DNA of 64,000 nucleotides from contig OZ287759.1 of the NCBI GenBank assembly GCA_965649765.1, positions 42,532,001-42,596,000 of the forward strand, given 5' to 3'. Below are positions 22,501-32,029 of the stretch, piece by piece. Position 1 is the first letter of the stretch. Each line of letters begins with the position of its first letter. A program made the position numbers and the translations under genes. The DNA comes from Bispira polyomma. Its lineage: Eukaryota. The notes under the pieces are model-generated. The model was given only the letters and a program-made list of their open reading frames with translations. It had not been told where the DNA came from and did not search any database.

Positions 22501-25500
22501 ATGATGTTATAATGCTAATGACTGTTTCTGAAGTCTGTACAAAGTGCTGTTGACTGTTTTAATATTGTAGATATTAACATTTTTCAATAAATTCTATAAA
22601 ATAATAATAACTTATTTTTATGGTTATTATTTAATATTTTATTATTATTGGGGGCAAAGTTCCTCTCCAGTAAAAATTGTTGTGGGCAAAGTTCCTTGTG
22701 GGCAAAGGTCCTGTGGGCAAAGTTCCGTACACCATTACGAACGCACGCACGCACGCACACACACACACACACACTTTTTGATCTCTGGGCTGTGATGTCA
22801 TGCACTTGTTTTACCAAACAGTGTTTTCAGACACAGACACACACATAGAATACTATGCCAGTCATGGTGTTTAGTGTGGTAAAGGACCCTTCAATCAAAT
22901 CTGACAATCTCAATATATAAATCTTGAATAACTTATACTATACCCTATATAATCAAGCCAAATTAATTTTGGACCAACTAGAGACCAGAGAGATATTTAT
23001 CTTATACCAAATATAAGAGCAAAACTCCCTACAGATTCAGAGATTACCCTGTTGACAGGACGTAACCATGTGTAACCAAGGATCTTTCACTGTACACTTT
23101 TCTATCTCCAGGAAAGCATGATTATGCCAATAAGCATTGGCATAATCATGCAAAAAACCAAGAAACTGAAGCCCAATCTCACCTTGAATGATTCCAATCA
23201 AATCAAGAAACAACCTAAACTTTATTTTGAGCAGAGGTTTGGACAGCTTCCAATTGGACTCAATGCCCCAAGTTGAGCTTTAGTTCCTTCAAGAATATGT
23301 GCCCCGCTGTACTTACCAAAGAATGATTCTGCCAACTTTGCCATCATTTTTTGAACATGGTGCACAACACTTGCTGAGGTCATCTCCAAAGTAATGCCAC
23401 ATGATTGATAAGCCAATGCAGCCAACCACCACACAAGTGACCCACAGTACCCTGACTGAGGGTTCTGAACCAAACTCGTAGTGCATGGCAAAGCCAAAGT
23501 AGACAAAGAAGCCAATCAGAATGGCCGTAATGATGCACCACTTGATGACAGTCCACTTGACATCGATGAAATCAGTGACTGCAGTTCTTGCCCGGTAGAT
23601 GTAGTTGGCAAAACCTTCAGGTGGAGGAAGATCTTCAAACACCACATCGATTTCTTCTATTTTCACCACTGCAAACTCTGGAACCTGGTAAATGGATTTT
23701 GTACACGGCCGGTCGCAATGTTGGCCGGGTCATAATATTGGTCAATGCACATTTCAATGTCTAAAATGTAGATTCTTAAAAATAAAATATAGTATTCTGT
23801 ACTTTAATTCATAGACTTAAAGTAGCATGTGCTTTTATTATTTATTTCCATCTGTAAGTTCTTTAAAAATGCAACGGACAACATTATGACCCGGCCAACA
23901 TTGCGACCTCCCGTGTATCTCTATTGATATGTTTGGCTTTATTAGTACAATTTTGAATCTTGTTTTGGTTGCTTCAGCTGAGCTGAACAAATACAAAATT
24001 AAACAAAGGAGGAACAAACTTATACAAAATTAAACAAAGGAGGAACAAACTTAATGAATAATACAAATTACAAAAGGATGGCTATGGTCTAGGCAGAATA
24101 TGTTTTATATCGCAAATTCTGGAAGAAACATTTAAAGATCTGTATGTGCTAAACTAAGGATAATGCCGGATAACTTTTATCATCCTCATTCTAGGAAGTC
24201 ATTTAGGTTGCTAAAAATTATGCAAGAAAATTAATTTAACAAATAAGAATTCATCTTCACCCAAAAATTTTTATTGTTAAATGTTTCAACTGACAGCATT
24301 GGTTGAAGAAAAAATGAATGAAGCAACATGGTTGGATAAAACTAATAATTTTCTAACAAGGAATGGCACATTACAGAAGCACACTGCTTGCGTTTCAATT
24401 TAATAGTTATGCTATATTTCAGTAACTGATGTTTTCACTTTTCACATTGATCATGATGGTTATTATTTTAGGGATACAGATAATTTTTTGCACCAGGGAG
24501 TGCTGTAATCTAAGAATGGTGGAGTACTGAGCAAATAATATAGCTGGAAATTGGCTAACAGTTAAGTAAAATCGCTTTAATTAAAATCCCAAGTGTGTGC
24601 TTTGTTTGCAAATCACGCTTTTCTGGTACTTGTCTTTGGAAATATTCATAGAGTACTTGGTACTCTAGCTTGTCTGTAGCTCTGGTTTAGTGATGTAACT
24701 ATTCATAGAGTACTTGGTACTCTAGCATGTCTGTAGCTCTGGTTTAGTGATGTAAATATTTATACAATACTCGGTACTCTAGCATGTCTGTAGTTCTGGG
24801 CCCGTATTCACGAAAGGACTTAGCCAGGTGTAAGGCTTAAATCTAGCACAAAAGTATACTGATTTAAGCCTAAGACCTGGCTAAGTCCCTTCGTGAATAC
24901 GGCCCCTGGTTTAGTGATGTAAATATTCATAGAATACTCGGTACTTTAGCCTGTCTGTAGTTCTTGTTTAGTGATGTAAATATTCATAGAATACTTGTTA
25001 GCCTACGCTTCCTTTCAGCATGTTTGTCTTGACCAACGTGAGCCGACGTCGACCGATTGTATTGCTCACTATATAATATAACCAAGTGCTTCCTTTCAGC
25101 AAAGAATCATATTTTGATAAGTACAGCTGGGTACATATTTTTGAAGGAATCCGATCAGACATCGGTTGACGTCTGTTTGGCCAACATATTTTATCCCCCA
25201 GGGAGGGAAAAAATCGGGAGGACTGTTCGATTTTGAAACCAAAATGGCTACAAAAACACTGTAATAGGTATAGTTTTCATGCTAAAAATACTCAATATTC
25301 ATCAGATGTTGAAGTTGAAAATGGCATGAGAAAGTCTATTTTATTATGATTACTGTGCATTATTCTTCACCAAAATCCCTTAAGAAACAGCTCACATATT
25401 TAAGTTTAAAGATGGGTACCTCATTTAACTTTCCCTTCTACAGTAAATAATACGTCACAGTGACGTCATAATGATGTCAGTTTTGTAGCTACGTCACAGC

Positions 25501-27254
25501 TTACACACCAGGAAGTAAAAAATGGGTACCCTTACTTAACTATATATATCTCAGCCATTTCACAATGAATTTTAATGAGAAAAAGGCACAGTAATCACAA
25601 TGAAATAGGCTTTCTTCTGCCATTTTTTAAATTACCATCCGACTAATTTTAAGTGTATATCTGATGAAAAAAAGCATAACATCGGCCGACGTCGGATCGG
25701 ATTGGACACCTTCAAATCGGCCGACATTAAGGTTGACCTTAAGGTTCCTATTCAAATTAATGTTCCATTTACTAATCCACAAGAGTTAGGCCAGCAGAAG
25801 TTTTGGACCAGATCTGATAAGTTTTTTAATGCAAGTGCTATGGTTAAGGTCCAAGGTAGTGTTCACTCTTTACTACAAGTACTATTGTTATGGTCCAAGT
25901 AAGTGTTCACTCTTTACTACAAGTGCTATAGTTATGGTCCAAATAAGTGTTCACTCTTTACTACAAGTACTATGGTTATGGTCCAAGGTAGTGTTCACTC
26001 TTTACTACAAGTAGTATGGTTATGGTCCAAGTTAGTGTTCACTCTTTACCATAAGTAGTATGGTTATGGTCCAAGTTAGTGTTCACTCTTTACCATAAGT
26101 AGTATGGTTATGGTCCAAGTAAGTGTTCACTCTTTACTACAAGTACTATGGTTATGGTCCAAGGTAGTGTTCACTCTTTACTATAAGTGCTATGGTTATG
26201 GTCCAAGTTAGTGTTCACTCTTTACTACAAGTAGTATGGCTATGGTCCAAGTTAGTGTTCACTCTTTACTACAAGTAGTATGGCTATGGTCCAAGTTAGT
26301 GTTCACTCTTTACCATAAATAGTATGGTTATGATCCAAGTTAGTGTTCACTCTTTACTACAAGTGCTATGGTTATGGTCCAAGTAAGTGTTCACTCTTTA
26401 CTACAAGTACTATGGTTATGGTCCAAGGTAGTGTTCACTCTTTACTATAAGTGCTATGGTTATGGTCCTAGTTAGTGTTCACTCTTTACTACAAGTAGTA
26501 TGGTTATGGTCCAAGTTAGTGTTCACTCTTTACCATAAGTAGTATGGTTATGATCCAAGTTAGTGTTCACTCTTTACTACAAGTGCTATGGTTATGGTCC
26601 AAGTAAGTGTTCACTCTTTGCTATAAGTGCTATAGTTATGGTCCAAGTCAGTGTTCACTCTTTACTACAAGTGCTATGGTTATGGTCCAAGTTAGTGTTC
26701 ACTCTTTACCATAAGTAGTATGGTTATGGTCCAAGTTAGAATTCACTCTTTACTACAAGGGCTATGGTTATGGTCCAAGTTAGTGTACACTCTTTTAAAA
26801 TAGAGGAAATTACACCCCAACAGTTATTTAAAGTTCACACAATATGATCCTTATATATATATATAATGCCTCATTGCTTTTATGGTTATTTTAATGGCAT
26901 GAATAAGTGTACACTCTTTCACAATAGATTACAATTTGTTCAATAGGAAAATCCCCATGTGTAATTTAAGTGGTAATAGTTTGCGCAGCTGTGTCCATGG
27001 TATTTGGATGTGTGATTTGTTCAATAGGAAAATCCCCATGTGTAATTTTTGTGGTAATAGTTTGCGTAGCTGTGTCCATGGTATTTGGATGTATAGTGAC
27101 TTACATTTCCGTTTGGATCTGGTACAACCTCTGCTGATTTCTCACTGCCCTCTGAGAAGGCGGGGTTGGCATATGATTCATTCATTGTGTCTTTGGAAGA
27201 AATCTGTTTGTGCTCCTCTTCACGAGGACTGTATTGCTTTAATTCCACCGTCAT
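4347..27254 (-). CDS. SLC28A3: SLC28-family concentrative Na+/nucleoside cotransporter (CNT3/SLC28A3-like), multi-exon; 10 coding exons in window, 3' end missing
   Basis: Exons joined by hand at GT-AG sites give 1761 nt (587 codons) with matching phases and no stop. They contain CNT motifs: [93 protein letters not shown] and [10 protein letters not shown]. The final ATYALCGF-type exon was not found. Paralogue assignment is tentative. Confidence 0.93.
4615..4737. repeat. 21-bp minisatellite
   Basis: Repeated attaagtgattaactcagtat. Confidence 0.85.
5031..5173 (-). CDS. SLC28A3: SLC28 exon ([15 protein letters not shown]...[13 protein letters not shown])
   Basis: Boundaries tttcag|TTT and AA|gtaagt; 143 nt, ends phase 2. 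Confidence 0.95.
5236..5470. repeat. About 3.7 x 62-bp tandem repeat
   Basis: Unit ctgtaacctggtgagtaatacactgatttaggaaggtacaggacctgaggaaggtcttcaca. Confidence 0.9.
5420..5660 (+). mobile_element. Old SINE-like element (family B)
   Basis: Shares gacctgggttt, cccagtggca, atgttgataaatggtc and tcttcagttaggrgaatg blocks with 48610-48820. Confidence 0.55.
6086..6269 (-). CDS. SLC28A3: SLC28 exon ([13 protein letters not shown]...FTFE)
   Basis: Boundaries atacag|C and GAG|gtgagt; 184 nt; NIIEAA and [10 protein letters not shown] motifs. Confidence 0.93.
7035..7165 (-). CDS. SLC28A3: SLC28 exon ([18 protein letters not shown]...MEP)
   Basis: Boundaries cacag|GTT and AG|gtgaca; 131 nt, ends phase 2. 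Confidence 0.93.
7150..8192. repeat. About 25 x 42-bp tandem array spanning the acceptor of SLC28 exon 7035-7165
   Basis: Unit atgattggctggaacctgtgtgtgtaaggtataacagtatac. Confidence 0.95.
9222..9347 (-). CDS. SLC28A3: SLC28 exon (TEAPL...YILFG)
   Basis: Boundaries ttacag|ACT and GGG|gtgagt; 126 nt; GGFATIAG motif. Confidence 0.95.
9695..10085. repeat. 6 x 64-bp tandem repeat with alternating variants
   Basis: Unit accactaacatgtttggctgagagcgattctattgtagttacctgaagcattccgttagtttat. Confidence 0.9.
10234..10395 (-). CDS. SLC28A3: SLC28 exon (VLPVVVFFS...NIFIGQ)
   Basis: Boundaries ttccag|GTG and CAG|gtatac; 162 nt. Confidence 0.95.
10828..11019 (-). CDS. SLC28A3: SLC28 exon (VNWRAVLWG...FFAFA)
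   Basis: Boundaries ttgtag|GTG and GCG|gtaagt; 192 nt. Confidence 0.95.
11110..12415 (-). mobile_element. Decayed L2/CR1-type LINE fragment interrupted by a SINE
   Basis: RT remnant NDITLAL...[16 protein letters not shown] (12170-12330) and C-terminal motif LPVELRS...[10 protein letters not shown] (11170-11260). Confidence 0.75.
11834..12005 (-). mobile_element. 5'-truncated copy of tRNA-derived SINE family A
   Basis: Closely similar to the SINE copies at 31099-31355 and 53684-53933. Confidence 0.85.
12419..13442. mobile_element. Non-autonomous Helentron/DINE-1-like element with about 4 internal copies of a ~147-bp repeat
   Basis: Starts aacaaat, then the core tandem repeats (12470-13050), a short GC-rich microsatellite-like run, and a terminal hairpin gtatccaccg/cggtggatac (13413-13437) followed by aataat. 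Confidence 0.65.
13553..13703 (-). CDS. SLC28A3: SLC28 exon (VILALIYV...YSPAH)
   Basis: Boundaries tatgtag|G and CAT|gtgagt; 151 nt; NLVSLGGLL motif. Confidence 0.9.
13695..14680. repeat. About 19 x 46-bp tandem array (plus relics) spanning the acceptor of SLC28 exon 13553-13703
   Basis: Unit gatcaccctacatagacaggtaattaggtacaaaatatagggagag. Confidence 0.95.
16884..17738. mobile_element. Non-autonomous TIR DNA transposon at a TTAA-type site (Kolobok/piggyBac-like)
   Basis: TIRs ggggttccacattca / tgaatgtggaacccc; an inverted homologous copy lies at 47364-48005. Confidence 0.75.
18110..18990. repeat. Degenerate ~80-bp tandem array
   Basis: Recurring atagcgcgatatacttcatttctagacagacctatacagg...atgggagttgtgtgt. 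Confidence 0.8.
20108..21720. mobile_element. Non-autonomous Helentron/DINE-1-like element with about 7 internal copies of a ~169-bp repeat
   Basis: Starts aacaaat, tandem core 20115-21320, terminal hairpin tatgtccacc/ggtggacata (21690-21718). Confidence 0.65.
21800..22731 (+). mobile_element. Internally deleted Mutator-like element (MULE) with repetitive TIRs
   Basis: Arrays of ggaactttgccc (left) and gggcaaagttcc (right). An internal transposase remnant (HSH...PSQIV...[13 protein letters not shown]...RMMVFAT) lies at 22080-22445. Confidence 0.75.
23317..23684 (-). CDS. SLC28A3: SLC28 exon ([11 protein letters not shown]...GRIILW), N-terminal TM helices
   Basis: Boundaries ttaccag|GTT and TG|gtaagt; 368 nt, ends phase 2; hydrophobic helices ([18 protein letters not shown]) typical of eukaryotic CNT N-termini. 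Confidence 0.85.
23704..23915. mobile_element. MITE with TA TSD (Tc1/mariner-type)
   Basis: About 33-bp TIR cacggccggtcgcaatgttggccgggtcataat / attatgacccggccaacattgcgacctcccgtg, flanked by TA on both sides. Confidence 0.85.
24640..24997. repeat. ~56-bp tandem repeat interrupted by a MITE
   Basis: Repeated tattcatagagtacttggtactctagcatgtctgtagctctggtttagtgatgtaa. Confidence 0.85.
24799..24905. mobile_element. 107-bp palindromic MITE with CTG TSD (PIF/Harbinger-type)
   Basis: About 45-bp inverted arms beginning ggcccgtattcacgaa; CTG on both sides; interrupts a tandem repeat unit. Confidence 0.85.
25830..26794. repeat. About 21 x 44-bp tandem array
   Basis: Unit atggttatggtccaagttagtgttcactctttactacaagtagt. 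Confidence 0.95.
27105..27254 (-). CDS. SLC28A3: SLC28 first coding exon (MTVELKQ...PDPNGN); exon probably begins at acceptor 27452
   Basis: ATG at 27254 and strong donor AAT|gtaagt at 27105; phase 0 matches the next exon. Upstream acceptor ttttattgcag| at 27452. Confidence 0.65.
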
Positions 27255-28636
27255 AATGCTCACACTTAGGTAAGGCAGGTGCTTGAAATGTAGGACTTGC
27301 TGCTGTAAAGGCAGGTGCTTGAAATGTAGGACTTGGTGCTGTAAAGCTCTGATTGGAAATAAGTCTGAGACTTGTGATTCGTGTATCACTATTTTGTTAA
27401 CGTTTGATCAGCTCACCTAGCTTATTTAACCCTAGTTTTCTGGTTCATGAAGCTGCAATAAAAGAAAATAAAAAGAACTTTTTAGTATGTAAATATACAT
27501 TCTATTTTCACTTTATCCCTTGATTTAGGGTAGTGAAAATTTGAAATTGTCTTGATATTTATATAAAAACAATAGCCAATAGTGAAAATAAATTCCATTG
27601 AACTTCTAAAAAATTGTAAATAAATTAAATTTTGTTTCAGCTAAAATGTTCACTTCCAATAGAGTTAGGGCAATAGACCATAAAGCCCCCAAGTCTACAG
27701 TCCTGTATACTCTTGTAATAAACATCAAGCACATACTATTAGTAAAAATAACAGAGAATAATCTTGGGAGAAGTATGGATACTTCAGTAGATTAACAACA
27801 CAAGTAAGGAATACCCTGTCACTTTTTAACATCAAATTACATACATGTATTTAAATCTAAATGAATATTTTGGACTTAGTTCTTGTGAGTTACTGCGTTA
27901 GTAATGGTTGAGTCCTTGTCACTATCCATTGTATGTTAATAGTAAACATGAGCTTTATGCAAGGCTAATGGCTGCCTGGTAATTCTTCCAGAGTGAAATC
28001 TCATTATTTTTTACATCTTAAAGGACATGTGTAAACAAATTGTCTACTGAAGAGGTGTCTGTTTTTTGTAAATAGCGCTTATTTCTACATTTTAAAGGAC
28101 ATGTGTAAACAAATTGTCTACTGAAGAGGTGTCATTTTTTGTAAATAGCGCTTTTTGGGGTGATGGCCAAGTAAACCGAGTGGTCTTATAAAAATAACAA
28201 AGTTAGTTTGTTTTACTCTGTGCTCTTTTAAAGAGTTGGACTTGTAAAGCTTCTTAATGCGCTGTTGTGCAGAAAACAGAATTATACAGTGTGTAACACA
28301 GATAAACACTTGTCTAGTGTTCACAACAGTGTATATATCCATTTCTTACTAAAACAATCTGCTTTATAATCATAAAAAGGTTCAGTTACTGCATAATATA
28401 GTTGCCATATGAGTGTTTAGAAGTATTTCCTACCATGTTATGCAAATACTTTATTTACACAGACATACAAGATATAATCTATTTTCCCAGTGAAATTAAC
28501 TTCTGGCCAGTTTTATTGACACCTCAGTATGGCATATTTGTTATCAGAATCAAGTAGAATGTCTTCCTCTGGCCAGAGTTGAGATACTTATCTGACTACA
28601 GATTGGAACTCAGTGTTGAAATCACTGTTAAAATGA

Positions 28637-29648
28637 ATGGTTACAAGTCTAGGTTATTATTGCATTGAGGGACTTCCATAAAGCTTTCACATGGTTACAA
28701 GTCTAGGTTATTATTGCACTGAGGGACTTCCATAAAGCTTTCACATGGTTACATGTGAGTTATTAATGCCTTGAGGGACTTCCATAAAGCCTTCACATGG
28801 TTACATGTGTAAGCATTGAAGGACTTCCATAAAGCTTTCACATGGTTACAAGTCTAGGGCATTAATGCATTGAGGGACTTCCATAAAGCTTTCACATGGT
28901 TACATGTGTAGGTTATTATTGCATTATGGGACTTCCATAAAGCTTTCACATGGTTACAAGTCTAGGTTATTATTGCATTAAGGGACTTCCATAAGGCTTT
29001 CACATGGTTACAAGTCTAGGTTATTAATGCCTTGAGGGACTTCCATAAAGCTTTCACATGGTTACAAGTCTAGGTTATAATTGCATTAAGGGACTTCCAT
29101 AAAGCTTTTACATGGTTACAAGTCTAGGTTATTATTGCATTAAGGGACTTCCGTAAAGCTTTCACATGGTTACAAGTCTAGGTTATTATTGCATTAAGGG
29201 ACTTCCATAAAGCTTTTACATGGTTACAAGTCTAGGTTATTATTGCATTAAGGGACTTCCATAAAGCTTTCACATGGTTACAAGTCTAGGTTATTATTGC
29301 ATTAAGGGACTTCCACAAAGTTTTCACATGGTTACAAGTCTAGGTTATTATTGCATTAAGGGACTTCCGTAAAGCTTTCACATGGTTACAAGTCTAGGTT
29401 ATTATTGCATTGAGGGACTTCCATAAAGCTTTAACCTGGTTACATGTGTGAGTTATTAATGCCTTGAGGGACTTCCATAAAGCCTTCACATGGTTACATG
29501 TGTAAGTTATTATTGCAGGACCTTCTATAAAGCTTTCACATGGTTACAAGTTTAGGTCATTAATGCATTGAGGGACTTTCATAAAGCTTTCGCATGGTTA
29601 CAAATATAGGTTATTATTGCATTGAAAGACTTCCGTAAAGCTTTCACT
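28637..29648. repeat. About 19 x 54-bp tandem array
   Basis: Unit atggttacaagtctaggttattattgcattaagggacttccataaagctttcac. Confidence 0.95.
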
Positions 29649-30302
29649 TAAGTTTCTTTGGAGAAAACAGTCTAAAACAAAAAAGAAGGCAATACATGCC
29701 AAAGTAAATACATGTGTGTATATTTATTATTATTCCTCCACCAATTACACTTGATGTACAATAAACTTTAGATTATCATCTTTTGCATATTTTTTTCTCT
29801 ATAATTGACAAGAATTGATTTAGTATTATGTAATTGGTAGAGCTCCATTCTGAGCTCTGTCAGAGGGAAACAATTCAGGAAGTTGGGGGGTATTTATTAT
29901 TTGATGGTCTTAAATTAGTATTAGTTAACATATATTACTACAGGTTATTGGAAGGTTGTTTTAATACATTTAATATATCCTTTTTTTCAACAGACAAACA
30001 ACAAATCAAGGTAACGTATTCAAATATTTACAGACATATATAATGACTGATAGAGACTCAATGTATTTGTAAATATCGTACTGGTCAAACAGACTATAGT
30101 TAAAAGAAGGACTGTTCCTGCCATTTTGTTACTAAATATGTTTTAATACTTTAAACATAGTTTAATTTGTCAAATTAACGGTTGGCAACCTAAGGATAAG
30201 CTAGACATTCTAATATCTGCCATTTTATTACTACATGTAAATATAATTTCCTTTAAACAAATCAACGACATCAACAATTTGTGAAATTCAAAGTTGACCA
30301 CT

Positions 30303-30590
30303 AAAGGGCTTTACGAAGCGCCGACTACTCCACACGACACAACATGGGAAGACACGGCACGATTGTACTGTTCACATCAAACACATCATAATCCATATGT
30401 GCGAATGTCCCCACCCCCTAATAAGTTTGCTACAGATAATGTAACCTAACGCGACATTTTTTTTAGATTTCTCAAAGTTAAATTACAGTGTTGTGTTGTG
30501 TCATGCAGTGTCATGTTGTGTAGGGAGCAGTCTATATAATATTTATATATGATCTTATTTTTTTTAAGCCGGCCATCTGTAAAGCCCTTT
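30303..30590. mobile_element. MITE
   Basis: TIRs aaagggctttac / gtaaagcccttt. Confidence 0.55.
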
Positions 30591-31098
30591 AGGGCCAAAC
30601 CAGTCATGATTAAACTAAATTCTGGCAAGATAGTTTAGTGCAATGGTCATCTTATAATGTCATCATGTCATTTGTGTACTCATTTTTGTAATTTTTATTC
30701 ACAATTGCATTGGGCAATTAAAATAAAAAGGTGTTTTTAAGACATTACCTCAAGCTATGAAGTTTGAATTCTCGGAGCGTGATAAATATGAAAAAATTAC
30801 AGGTGTGTCATTAATGTGTTACTAAACTGATGAATGATCTTGTTTGAGATAATTTGCTTTAAACGTGAAATATTACTGAAATGCATCATCTATTTAATGT
30901 TCCACATAATACTTCCCATGCTTAGCACAGTAACGGGTTTGTCCTTTTTAAGTAGAAGTAAAAGGATGTCAACTTCTCTAAACCTGATTGTTTACCCATA
31001 TGCTTGTATATGCTTGGGTCCATTTGATACTAATATATGCATGTGTATAGGGTCTTTTTATATACACTATGGTTTACATATATGCTTGTGTATGGGGT

Positions 31099-31355
31099 TT
31101 GAAATTTGAATTGGGATATTTAACGTCCACTCTAGTACCTTTTAGTAGGTTATATTGGGACGGGTAGTTGGAAACGCTGGAGGAAACACTGCATACAGTC
31201 GGTCAAGGTTCTGCAGAGAAACCAGCGGCCCACAGTAAGGAACTACCACCTTTCCCACATAGGCATCGGCGGGACTCGAACTCACGCCGCCCAGAGGTGA
31301 GAGACCAGTGATTGTGAAGCGCAATGCTTGCTAACCACTAGGCCACCGCGGCCCC
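31099..31355 (-). mobile_element. Full-length tRNA-derived SINE (family A) with 15-bp TSD
   Basis: A box TGGCCTAGTGG, B box GTTCGAGTCC and a caaatt-type tail. TSD gcttgtgtatggggt at 31084-31098 and 31356-31370. Confidence 0.92.
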
Positions 31356-32029
31356 GCTTGTGTATGGGGTCTCGTACAGAAAAGGTACAGAAATGGCATC
31401 AAGTAGATAAAAAATGTGACATATAACATGGGGTATTACACCGTGACTAACACTTTTTGACGTTGTAAAAATGAGAGGGTTTATTTTGCTAAGGAATATA
31501 AACAGGCAATAAAGATGCTGAAAATCAAACTCAAATATGTTGAAAATTTGACTTGAGGCCAAAAGTACATTGATCTAGTTTTTTGTGCCCGTACTAGCAT
31601 TGACAATTTTATATTGGTGGCTACGTAAAAAGTCATTTCATTTAAGCGGCTATTGATAAATATTAAAGGGCAAGTTTGACGGGTAATCAACACACTTTCA
31701 GATCCTGTTAAGATGAATGTGAACCATTTTTAATAAGAGTGTAACTACACTTCCGTTTTGTTGTCTATTTGATGATGTTGTAGGCTCCACTTGTTGTAAC
31801 ATCTTGTAACTAACTGATGTTTTGGGTTCAGGTGAGTTTGTTTTAATGACGTTCTAAGTCAGCTCAGCGCTGCAGCTGTGTTGCTGCGTAGCTTCGCCAT
31901 ACTACCTGGTGAGATTATGTCAATAAACAGTTTTAGTCAAGCTACTCTTTCACCGATTGGTTGCTACTGCATGATCACTTCAAGTCCAGAAACCTTACAT
32001 AGCCCTTGGATGAATTGGGTCCGGCAACA

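Noticed and set aside
26935-27090. 84-bp duplication beside the donor at 27105 as another splice-site array
   Set aside because: The duplicated unit starts about a dozen nt inside the intron and does not include the GT junction.
25830-29648. 44-bp and 54-bp arrays (and other regular arrays) as CRISPR arrays
   Set aside because: The units are contiguous with no unique spacers, there are no cas genes, and the context is a eukaryotic intron.
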